Assembly: GCA_002189035.1 (NCBI GenBank)
Contig: CM007991.1
Coordinates: 2,232,001-2,296,000, forward strand
Direction: 5' to 3'
Length of the DNA: 64,000 bases
Source: Utricularia gibba
Lineage: Eukaryota; Plantae; Magnoliophyta
How positions within the stretch are numbered: the first letter of the stretch is position 1; the number at the start of each line of letters is the position of its first letter. The notes below the pieces were generated by a model, which searched no databases, was not told where the DNA came from, and saw only the letters and a program-made list of their open reading frames with translations. Shown piece after piece: positions 39,344 through 51,343 of this stretch. The position numbers were made by a program, and so were the translations under genes.

Positions 39344-42279
39344 CTAAGCATGATATGTGAGCAGTCTATTACCTGCGGCAAATGCGATCAAGTTGTACGC
39401 GGGATGCCACGCAAGATGCAGCAGCTTTGAACTAAAATCATAAGATGATGGCGCAGCAGCTTCGGTCATTCCTGCCTTGTGGATGTCGTGTCCTGAAAAA
39501 TTTCTCATTCACTAAGTGTTTCATGCATGAGTTTTGAATGCATTGTAGTGAACATTAAACAAAATGGATCGCACACATCATGGAAAGTTGAGAAAAGGAA
39601 GAGCGCCGCACCATGCCGGTAAAATCCCCTGGTCAGGTTGCCTAAAGATGGGCGTCGCCGACCTCGTGTGGTGGTACGCGGGTAAGGTTTTTTCCTGCGA
39701 ACAAAGAGGGAGAATGTAAAAAAAAAACGAATATAAATAAAATATGCTAGAGTAACACTTCTAGGAATTAGAAGAGTAAACTAGGTGAAAATGATTCTTA
39801 AAGCTGATGCTGCTGTAACGATTGATCCCAATGGGCAAATAATATTCAAGAAGTTTCTTGTAATGCGAAAGGACTGCGAATTAGACGTCACCTGATTGAA
39901 TTTGTGCTGGCGTCGATGGTATCTCCAACTTCGTTGCCACTTCCATAAGAAAATACACGTAACTGATTACTGTTGACAAGAAAGAGAAGCACGTAAAATA
40001 ACGGAAAGGCTCCTGAGATGTTTGGAATTTTTTTTATTTTTTTGAACGTTTTATAGTATACGAAGTGACCTTCAAGGTTTTAACTGGCTAACCTATAAGA
40101 TCCAGTAGCAAATGTGAGCTTATCCCTAGCAAGGCAGCATTCAAACTTGTCGAAAATTGCATCATTATCATACAAATCGCTCAACTGTAGAACAAAGAAG
40201 TTGTGACCCGGGTTGCGAAATAAATGTAGACTGACATCAATAAAGGTATTTCTGATTACCTTTGGCCGCAGGTTCTCATGAATCCTATACACAGCCACTG
40301 GACCAGCATCCATACGGATGTCCCAGAGCTGAAAAATTGAAAGTAATGCTTGAAGATAGTTGGACAACCCCCATTCAGATTTTTCTTGGTTAAATGGAAA
40401 CAGAGGAACGTGGACTACATGTGCAATACGGAACAAACCTTAAGGTTCATAAAATCACGGCTTATGATATGCATTCCATCATTTGCAAACTTCATGTCAG
40501 TAATTGATGCAGTGATCTCTGTGAAGAAAGATTTTGGTCCATGGGCTACGTCTTTCAGTCTGTAGAGAAAATCTGTCTGTATTGTTTTAAAGAACATGAT
40601 AAAGCTGAAGACAAATGATAGAAAGGAGAGTTATGCTCACATTGCTGCACTATGGTCACACAGAGCCGATTTCCTCATATCAGCAATACGAATAAATCCT
40701 CTTGAGCTGCTATATGCTAAAACATTACAGTGGGAAGGATGGAACTCAGCGCCAGTGATCACCTCTACCAAAAGCAAAGGTGAAAATTCAGTCTTTCTGC
40801 TATTGTTGGAGTGCGAAAAATGTTAAAAGTGATATAACGCACACCAAATAATCGAAGAGCATGAACTGACAGCAAGATCAAAAAATACCAACAAGATCTT
40901 CCATGACTGCTGGCTTCATATCAATGATATTAAAGCATTGACCGCTGACTTCAATGTTCCACAAATTGACTCTGAGCTCATCGCTAGAGAGAAAAGTCTC
41001 CCAATCACTGAAATTCAATTACACCCAGCATTAGACGAATGCTGTTCACTTTGCTCAATGCACCAACAATCAAGTTAAATGTGCCTGGTACCTGTTTACA
41101 GAGATAGCGTTGATGTTAAATTCATGAGCATGAGCATAGACTCTTCGACATCTTGAAACACTTGCATCTTCCAAAAATATTAGCTGGATAGGAATGAATG
41201 AAATCCAACGTTACAATGAAGGATTAATGATGGCGATGAGATGAGTGTCATTCCAGAGAAAAGAAATCCACATGAGCCAAAAAAAATTTTACGTTACAAT
41301 TCCCTTCATCAGATGATGAAGCCTCATTCTCAATGTTACGCATCGATTCTTGCGAATGACCATCAAATAGATCCGGTGTTTCCCCATTATTCATGGTTTT
41401 CTCAGCCAATAGTGCATTCTCTGAGATTATTGATTGGCTCAATTCGAATCCCTTCAAACACTGGTTTTTGTGCTCCTTGACCTGCCTTTACGGGCATGAA
41501 ACAAAGGTTCCAAGTGAAGCAGTGGAACTCAGTGCATAGGTTTGATGATACGGCCTACAAAGGAAGAATATTGTACCTTCCATAGCCTGATTGTCTTATC
41601 ATTTGCTGATAGAATGGACAAGGATCTATTTAGAGGTGCACACCACCTAACTTTGTTGATCTTCTCCCCAATATCTATGCTCTTCAAACTATCAAACTGT
41701 AGCATAAATGTATTGTCAAGATTTCATGTAACAGAACACGCACTCAAGAAGCATGAAGGAGAAAGCACCTCTGGCTCATGACTTTGGAACTCTGTTTTGT
41801 AGTGATACTTGGGAAAATCCGGAATGGTTGCATCAAGTTTCTCAAGATGAAATCGTGAAGACTGAGAGAATTCACGCGAGTCCTGTTATTTCAGAGAAAG
41901 TGGATAAAGCAACAAGTCAAACAAAAAATATGCCGAATGAAACGATAAATCATAGTTCCCGAACAAGAAAACTGATAAAAATTCGCACATCTTTACCACC
42001 GTTTTTCTCAAATATGATAACGCGACCACCTCCATCTCCTACAGCAATGTGATCCCCACTCCGGTCAAAATCGATCGCAGAGATTACATCAACTGAGAAA
42101 GATGAAACGAAGTTACAGTGCATCAATCATAAACATGAACTCCAATAGACTTGAGACAATCCAAACTCACAATCGTGAACATCTTCACCAGGTATCTTGT
42201 CCCCAAAAACCTGCGACAACTTCCACTCCAGAGGCTGCCGCGCCGCCGCCGTAGACTCTATGTCATGAATAACAGCCAT
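39344..42279 (-). CDS. PP2A-B55: Protein phosphatase 2A 55-kDa regulatory B subunit (B55), divergent isoform, about 14 exons
   Basis: [90 protein letters not shown]; TAG 39344-39346. Confidence 0.92.
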
Positions 42280-42739
42280 CGGTGGAGAACAGGAAACTCA
42301 CCGAGAGGAGTCGTGAGCAACGGAAGCTGCTGGGGATTGATCGGGAGTGAACGTGGTTCTTCCTCGTCCAATCAAATCGCAACCATGTAGATCATATTTT
42401 AACGGCAGACCGGTCCGGTCCGCTGGTTATGGATAAACCACCCCGAGTGGTCAACTGGTCGGACTCGGCTATCATCCTCATTATTTCTAACTTGATTTAA
42501 AAATTATTAATTTATGTATAATCAAAATAATATCCTTGAAAAACAAATAATGTAAATATTATTTGAATACAAGGTTAACATATGAATTAAACTTAGTTAT
42601 CATGCAATCAATAATAAAGCTATGAAGGCCAGTTCATTTTATTTTCTCGTAATAAGATAAAAAATAAATAATTATCTCCAAAAAACAATAAAAGAATAGA
42701 AATAAATAAAGTTAGGAAGGTGAACGTGTTATGGGGCGT

Positions 42740-44256
42740 TCAGTTCATCTGTGCAACAGGAACTTCCTCCTGGCCGAGACACGAGATCTTAGCCGTAGGC
42801 AACATCTCCTTGAAACGTGCGAATTGGTTCATGGAGAAGTCATGCTCCCCCTTAGCCTTATCAAAGACCAAGTCTGAAAACTCGCTCGTGGCATTCATCA
42901 TAAAGAACTGGACGATCATATGAAGGCCTTCAGTGTCCCTCATCCCCGATATCTTCACGTAATTCAGGTATCGAAATTTGATGGGGATCTCCGTGGCCCA
43001 GTGCGGTTAATGCCCCTTTCTCTCGACACAATTCTCTTCGAACTATCACATAGAAGAAGCAGTAGATGGTTAGCATTCATTTGGGTAGGCAAGGAACAGG
43101 GTGATGAATGATAAAACTAACTCACAGCGATGAATACTTTCTTTATCAATGGGCATCTTAGAAGAAACAGGGGAATGCTGGGGAGGTGAATCTCCGCTCG
43201 GGAACCAACATGGAGATGGAATTCCTCCACGCTTAAGATACCGCATCCCCTGATCCGACTGAGATTGTGAGGCTGTTCGAGTGTCTGGAGAAGAGTTAGC
43301 ATATATCATGCATAGGTCTAAGCAACGGAGGAAGTGAAGTGTACATGCACACATACCCTGGCAGCATTAGCTTGGTTCCTGATTAGAGCAACTGTAGCAT
43401 CACATACGTCCCTAAGCAGCTCATAACTGTTGAACATGCGTATGTGATCAGCGCATTCACGGGATATGTCTCGCATCGTCCTCTTCGACATCCCCAACTT
43501 CAACTCTCTACCTTCCTGGTGAAACATTAACCACTCCACATGAGCTGTGGAGAGATACAAACGGCCGCTACCATGGAACTCCTTAAACAGCAACTCCCTA
43601 AACGCCTGTCGATCTTCCCTCCAAAAACGAAGAGAGCCGTCACCAACGCAACGAATCAGGTGCAAAACTTGTAATGACTTGCACCTGCTGAAAACGGCGG
43701 CGACCAACTCCTGTCGGATGGGTATCCACTGGAGTGTCAGTTCCAGCAAATGAGAGAATGAACTACAGGGTGGTAATGGCAACTGAGGGATGCATCCCGA
43801 CAAGTTCAGCTTCCTTAATCTGCTCGACGCTACCAAGGTTCGATCTTGTAAGAGTACTATCTCCATTGACGGGGATACGTCAAGATGGATGTCTTCGAAA
43901 CCGATAGTGACGATTCTTTGTACCCAGGTGTTGACAAGATCCTGGTTACCCTTTGCGTTGAAGCAGAGTCGGAATCTTCTACAGTGAGGACCCGAAAGCC
44001 CCATGATGATTTCGTTGGCCATCGATATCATCATGTCTCGATTCCAATGCTGCAGAAAGAACCACTGCCCCAAAGAAACATCGCGGCAGTATCGCCATGA
44101 ATCTCTGAAACGCATTGACGCTCTGCAGACGGCGAACGCCTTGGTTACCGGCAACAGCCGCAAAATACTTTCGATCAGATCATCGGGTAACTGCGAGAAA
44201 ATTGTGTTCTCCTCAAGCGTCGTTCTTTCAACCACATCGCACAGTAATCCATACAT
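42740..44256 (-). pseudogene. F-box/LRR/FBD-type gene (3 exons) with an in-frame TAA at 43007-43009 before the FBD region
   Basis: F-box FSQLPDDLIESILRLLPV...; LRR-like LRKLNLSGC, LLELTLQWI, LQVLHLIRC; exon 3 (acceptor at 43043) reads FEENCVERKGH*PHW...YLNYVKISGMRD...VQFFMMNA in one frame. Confidence 0.7.
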
Positions 44257-46003
44257 TTACTGCTGTTGAATGCCGGAATCGACTCTCGAAACCCTAAACC
44301 ACATGCACAAAACCCTGGAGAAATATAATGAATTCGAATCGGGCACCGATTTGGGTTTCTTTTTTTCTGGCTTTGGAAAGATCATCACCAAGAATTTTTG
44401 TATCTATTTTATCTAATATTATAAATAAATACATATAATAATCGCGTATCTTGGAATGTAATCGGATTCAAAGATTGGATATTCGGAGGCATTATTTTAA
44501 AATTCAGGATTGAGTTTGAAGATATTTCTGTTTAAATTTGATTTTTTGCATTCAATTTAATATTTATTATAACAAATTAAAAATATTAAATTTAAATCAC
44601 GTGTACTAAGTTGTGTATTAATATATTAATCTAATTTTATTAATATATTATGGAATCCAGGCTGAATTATTGCAGTTGGCATCTTGGACACCCTGGTTTC
44701 CACATATTAATATAAAGTTGACTTGATATTACCCTGGTTTTGGCTCCTATCACTTGTCTTCTTCTTCCTTGCTTTCATTTCTGTCTTCGGATGGCGATGA
44801 TTTCTTGTCCTTTCGTAATCCACTGTGAAAATACCCTTGTGATCGAAAATGAAGATCACAGCAACATTTTTTCTGGTGAAGAAGATGATCGGATGTAACA
44901 GCCATCTTGTTTTTTCTCCTCAGTTGCATGGATACCTCAAATTCCTGATCTGATAACCAAAGGACCACACGAGTCCTTGAAGATAAAGTCTTTTTGAAAT
45001 TGAACAAAATGTTCAATCCAAAGATGTGTTTATCTCGAATAATTTTTCGATCGGAGGCTGTTTGAACAGTATACTGCAAATTGTCTAATTCGTTTCATGC
45101 GTTCCCTTAAAGTGGTGTGTTTTATTTCGATAGTTCATTGTGTGTAGGAAGCATGCAAATTCGGACATTTGGTGGGCACTAACACATGGGGCGGATTTCA
45201 GTGTTTGGGGAGGGTCCATCGATGGCATATCATATTCTTGTATATTGGAAGTGGTCTCTGAGCGCCCACATGCAGTGTTTCCTCATTGCATCCATAGAAA
45301 CCTTTTCACTGGATTGATTACATGAACATATGTATAACTGTGAAATACTTTGTGTGAATCTGTGATGTCAAGGTCTATCCTATCTGTACTGTGGTATAAA
45401 CATAACTGGAGTACTTCGATCGAATGCTCAAGTTGCTTTCTTCATTCTTGTGCCGTTGTTCATATAGTTGAAATGCAGCCACATGACTTTACTTCGATTC
45501 ACTGAACTGTGAGCAGTAAAAACAAAAGGATGGCCACATGCATTAAATGGAGGCTAGAGCAACTCTGTCCTATGGGATGGACAGCCATTAAGAGCAGTTG
45601 CTTTCTATGCATCCTCACTGTTTTCTTTTATTGTTCAAATTTTTACTCAGGCATCTATCTCATTCTCTGTCCCTCCAGCATTTTCATTTTTCCTCTGAAA
45701 TTTCATGGATTTTTGTTGTTAAATGTTAGAAAGCGAAAGCTCTCGTGTTCTGCTAAAGTGGCATTAGATTTGGATGTATCACTCTGAGGTTGAGCTTCTT
45801 ATGTCAGATTCATGTGCACCATCAATGAATCCCGAGTACGCCACCACTTCTCCCATCACCATGTGTCCTTTCTGAAAAAAAAAAGGGAAAAGAACCTCAA
45901 ACTTTGGAGTAACAGTGGGAAATGAGCAAAGCGTTGCTTCATGCAAATGTTGGTTCAGTATGATTCTGCCGCTGAAAACCAGCTTCCCAGAAAACTGGGT
46001 GAA

Positions 46004-49000
46004 ATGGGCATGACATATTCTCTCTCTCTGCTCCTACGTTTGCTGTGGTTTTTATTTTCTAGTTACGGGGTTCGTTCTGATGCCTCCCCCGTGTTTGTGA
46101 AATTGTTTAAGACGCCTCATGCAGTTTCCAATCTAAAGTATGCATCTTTTTCATTCCGAGTTGTTAACGTCAATGGTACCGGCGAAATTTGCAGTCTTTG
46201 TCCAATGCATTGTAAGGTTTGTTTCTTGCAGTTTGTGTTCTTGTAAACTAGGCAATGGCCATAAGATTTCTCTGTAGTCTTTCTTTTCTATTCTCTGGTG
46301 TTTCGTTTTTTTCTTATGGGTACTGAATCATATTACAAGTGCAGCTGGACCATGGTGAGTTTTCTCCTTGTGAAGATGGGGAGATCAGATACACAGGACT
46401 TGCTGATGGGAATCACAGTTTTGAAGCGTGCAGCTATAAATCTGTGGGAGCTGCCTGCGCAAGCTACGACTGGACTGTTGGTTTGCACATATTACCACTT
46501 TCTCTGAATTTCTTTGAGTCATAAACGTTTTATAACTGTTGCCTTAGTTGGAAACAACACTGCTTCTTTTGTGATTCACTGAGGAAGTACTTGGGTGGTG
46601 TTTTGAAAGGCATTCGAAGTCTAAAAAGTTCACTTCAGAGAGAAGTGGGGAAAGGGGGTATTTTTTCTAGAAGGTAGGAGTACAACGTAACCCAGTGAAA
46701 AGTCTTTGAGTTGTACAAAGAACATAAAAGGATTAGAAAGTATAGCTGGTGATATGTAGAAGTAATTATAAGGTAAGTAAGAGGTATAAAAACTTGGTTG
46801 GAAAAGTCTCAAAAGTAATCCCTTAGAAATAATTATAAGGTAAGGAGTGTCTCCATTATTCGACAAAAACTTTTACTTTAAAATATTATAGTTTTAAGGT
46901 GTTTCAAATGATCAACTTAATTCCTGTTTCTACTTTTCAGATACCGTTAACCCCACAGCGCATATTACTGCTTCAACGACTTTTACAAATGCCACACAAG
47001 TTCTCGTGAACATATTCTTCACTGAACCATGTGGTTTTGCATGCTCTTCTTCAAATTCCTGCAATGTAAGTTTCAGGAGGCTGCTCTATATGTACAAGAG
47101 AGGAAATAACTGACTGAACTTTCATGCACAGCTTCTTGTTTATGGCGCTGGTGAGGTTCTTCCGGCTACACTCACCGTTATCGAACCAAATATGAAGTAC
47201 TCTGTTGCTGTTGCCATTTCTGATGAAGTAAAGTATGGACGCTTGATTTTAGTGATGGATAAATACTTCTGCGAGGATGCTGCAGGAAATAAATTTACAA
47301 GGACACAGAATTCGAGTATATTCATACATTATGGTAATTCTCATATGCTGCTATCGGTTCAAATTGTTTGTTGGGAAAAAAGCTTATTTCATATCTTTGT
47401 CTCTACGAACCGCAGATAGAAGAAGTATATTTACTGATCTGAGGATTCATGTACCTGAAAAGCAACTTCTGATAAATAGTGAAGAAAGAACGATACTTTC
47501 GACTAACAAGATCAAGAACTTAAAAGTATATCTGTACTTTAATGCACCGGTCGTGAACTCATCATATGAAATTTTGAGTGCCCTCAGTGTAAGTGAAGGC
47601 TCACTGGTGCCTATTTCTGGGAGCAGCTTTGGATTGCGAAGATTCGGCTACCAGGTTCATTTCCATAATCGACAAACACTATAATCTGATTCTTTCAAGC
47701 TTTACCTTGGATTCATTGGCCTTGCAGCTTGAAAATTTATCTGAGTTGGCGATTGTCACTGTGAGTTTGAACTCAAATTTCCTAATTAGCAGACAAGGAA
47801 CTCCTGTTTCTCCTGTATCTCCTGTCACTTTTCTTTATGGTATACTATATAAAAATGGTTTAGATGAACACATGCAGTTCAAAACAACCCTGATGGATAA
47901 ATGACTGCTGATTTCTTTCTTTTCACTTCTTTATTTGCAAGATGCTCAAAGGCCTACAGTGAAGCTGAGTACTACATGCCATATGATGACTATGGAGAAA
48001 AGCATTCCAATTATAATTAAGTTTCTGAAACCGGTATTTGGCTTCAATGCTTCTGGCATATCGATTTCTGGAGGAGTTTTACAGAGGTATGCATTATGAT
48101 ACGCTAAAATACCATCCATCATTTACTTCTTTAGTTTGACTGTTGAAGTGTTCTTTATCAGCTTTTCTGAGACAGGTAGGAGAAGCTTTTGTGTGCATAT
48201 TGAAGCAAATAGTGATCACATATCTGTATTTGTTCGGGAAAATGTGACAACTGACATAGCAGGGAATAGGAACAAAAAATCTAATATTCTGCAACTTAGG
48301 CACTGTGAGTGTTTCAGCCTTTTCACGGATTTCCTTCTTAATCCTTGTGATTTTTTTTTTTAATTTTTGTCACAATGGTTTTTGACGTTTTGTTTTCAGA
48401 TTCCATGCCTCTAGAATCCTCAGTGATCTCTTCCGTCACGACTGCAGCTTTTTCATTCACAGCTTTCGTCTCGGGCCTTCTAGCTGTTTCATCCTCCAGC
48501 CTATTATCAGCTGGAGCATTCACTAAGACAAGTTCCAGCTTATGCTCTGATCCAGCAAGAAACCTTTTTGTAATTTCCTTCTCTCTTTCTAGATATGTGA
48601 ACATGCATTAACATCCAGTGATAGAATAACTATGCAAAACTTAACTAGAAATGATGGTTTATTTTTCTGTCTGCTTTGCTGATCATCAGCCTTTTATAGA
48701 GAATTACTTCACACCTTCAAGTTTTCGCATTGACGCGGTGGTTGGGAGTTGCCTTGCCTATAGACTACTACGAACTTGTTAGAGGGTTACAATGGACTAT
48801 TCCTTACTTTGGTCTCCCATGGGAGAGTGGAAAAACCGAATCAGTTATTGTGGACTCAGTTTCGTCGAAGGACCACCATTTTCATGTCTCCAAGATTGAC
48901 TCGAGAGACTCTGGGGGACTTCAGCATGTTGAAAGCATTGGTTCAGTTGGAAGGGACTTTGGGCTGCCTCTGAGTTCAATGGAATATAGATCATATTTTG

Positions 49001-50699
49001 AGGTCAGATACAGTTTTCTCCCTCTTTACACTCAACTTGCTCTTGTCTTTATCAAGTCATCTTATTTTAGCAGAGCCAGACGATCCTCCCAGAAGCTGAG
49101 TACATGTTCGATCCATATAACTCACATGGGTAAGTAATGATATTCATAACATCGTCCTCAAAATTCTTTGTTCGGATGGATATGATGAAATTGCTTTGTC
49201 CAGGTGGAGAGACTTCAGCAGAATTATGTTCTGGTTGGCGATCATAGGAGGGAGTCTGATAGCTCTGCATCTTGTTATGATTTGCGTTCTCCGGCTCAGA
49301 ATGGAGAAGAAGGATGAAAGAAACTATGGATCACTTGTCTTTCCCAGATTTGAAATCTTTCTACTAATTTTGGCACTTCCTTCCACATGTGCTGCGTCAG
49401 CATTCTTAATTAAAGGTACCTTCGGATTCCATCTTTTCATATGCATGGTTGTTGTAAGTCTCAAGACTAAAACATGTTTCTGTCTTTGAACGAATTTTAT
49501 GTATTTCTATGGAATACAATGCAACATTATGCTTCATTTTGCAAGGTGGGACGCATTCTGGGATGATTACCGGAGTTCTGATACTGAGCTTGGTGGCCTT
49601 TCTGATGCTGTCTTTGCTGTTTTTTCTGTCCTATGGGATTTCACTTGGAAAGCTTCTTCAGTACAAGGAGGTTCAACAAGTTGGAGTGAAATTCCATTGG
49701 TATCAAGAACTTGTTCGAGTTACGCTAGGACCTGGAAAACGCGGCCAATGGACATGGAAGAAGCAGCCAAACTCACCACAGATCACCATTTTAGGACCCT
49801 TGTTTGAGGATCTGAGAGGTCCTCCCAAGTACATGCTGTCTCAGATTGGTGGAGTTTCCTCGTCATATAACAACACAATCATGGACTCTGAGGATGAAAG
49901 AGAAGATGCAGAAGCACCCTGTATTCAGAAACTCTTCGGCATTCTCAGGATTTACTACACACTCATCGAGTGCATAAAGCGCCTAGTTCTCGGCACCCTG
50001 GCAGGTGCCTATTCAGAAACATGGCTTTCAAGAGTTCCAACCATCATCTTACTCTCCATCACTTCTTTCCAGCTCTTCTTCATCCTTCTTAAGAAGCCCT
50101 TCATCAAGAAGAAGACTCAGTTGGTGGAAATCATCTCCATCTCCTCTGAAGCCGTGATATTCTCCATCTGCCTCCTCTTCCTGGATCATGAATTCTCACC
50201 ACAAGCCGAGCGGGGACTCGGGATATTCATGTCCTCCATCTTCTGTGCTGCGCTCCTTCCTCAGCTGATCAACCAGTGGTATGCATTATACAGACATGTC
50301 ACACGGTTTGATCCTGATCCTGCCTCCGGCTCCTTCTCTCGGGGCCTCGCAACAGCTTCCATCGGATTGTTCTTGCTCATCGGCCCCCGGAGCATGATCC
50401 AGAACATAAAAGCTACATTCCCTTTGGACAGTGAAGCAGCAGAGAAGAGCAAGCGTGGTTCAGGAGAGAAACAGCAGCCATGGTTGAGGAATATAAGAGA
50501 GCTTGCAAGGTCCAGTTTCAATAAAGATGGAAGTGGTGAAAATGCAGGGGATGCTTCAACAAGCAAAACAACATGCAGTGGATTTTGGAACAGGAAACAA
50601 CATGCAGATGATGGTACTTCCTCATCATCTGCACCTGGTGATCAGTCCAAACCTGGAGGATTGTACAAGGAGCTGGAGGAAATTTTTGCTTCCAAATGA
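46004..50699 (+). CDS. Uncharacterised signal-peptide, Ig-like ectodomain, multi-pass membrane protein (about 13 exons)
   Basis: Hydrophobic N-terminus; beta-rich repeats DTVNPTAHI..FTEPC and DAQRPTVKL..FLKPVFGFNASGISISGG; about 9 hydrophobic segments in the C-terminal half; exons join in frame with GT-AG. Confidence 0.85.
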
Positions 50700-51343
50700 A
50701 GCCTTGGTTTTGTTGCAGGAGATTTTGGAAGCTGATAACATGCTTCATTTGCAGCATAAATGAACTGCATTCTTGTTGCATATTCCAAGCCACAGATTTG
50801 ACTTTTTTTTTGTCTTTTTACAATTTAATTTTTGTATTTTAAGTAGTAGATTAAAATGATACATATTTTGAAATATTCATAATAAAAAATAAAAGAAAAC
50901 CAAATCCGATTCCAATTTGGGACTTGGGTGCCAACAATCCCTATTTTTATGAAAATCGCATATTTGGGTCAAAATTTCCATTTACTTCGATGGATATGAT
51001 TGGTCCGTACCTGACTTGTGCTCTGCTTCAGATTCGTAACGATGTGATTGATATGTTAGCAATAAAAAGCACGAATTTCAGCGAGGTTTTGAGTGTTTTG
51101 GTGCAAAATCTGTGGTGGTCGGAAGTTGGCAAGATTGACGTAGTGGCGTCGGTAAAATCGTGAGCAGATGATTTGTGAAAAGTAGCGATTTTTGATGACA
51201 TGGTACGGTAAACAGCTTCCCTTTGTCGGGGTGGCATTCTTGTTCAAACCCCTTTCTATGGATTTTATCTATTGAAGTTCAATCATTTCTGGGATTTAAT
51301 CGTTTTCAGTTTCGTCTGATTTTGTTGCTAGCGTAAGGGGATA

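Noticed and set aside
44750-45079. 109-aa minus-strand ORF
   Set aside because: No recognisable domain, TTG start, composition unlike real genes in the window.
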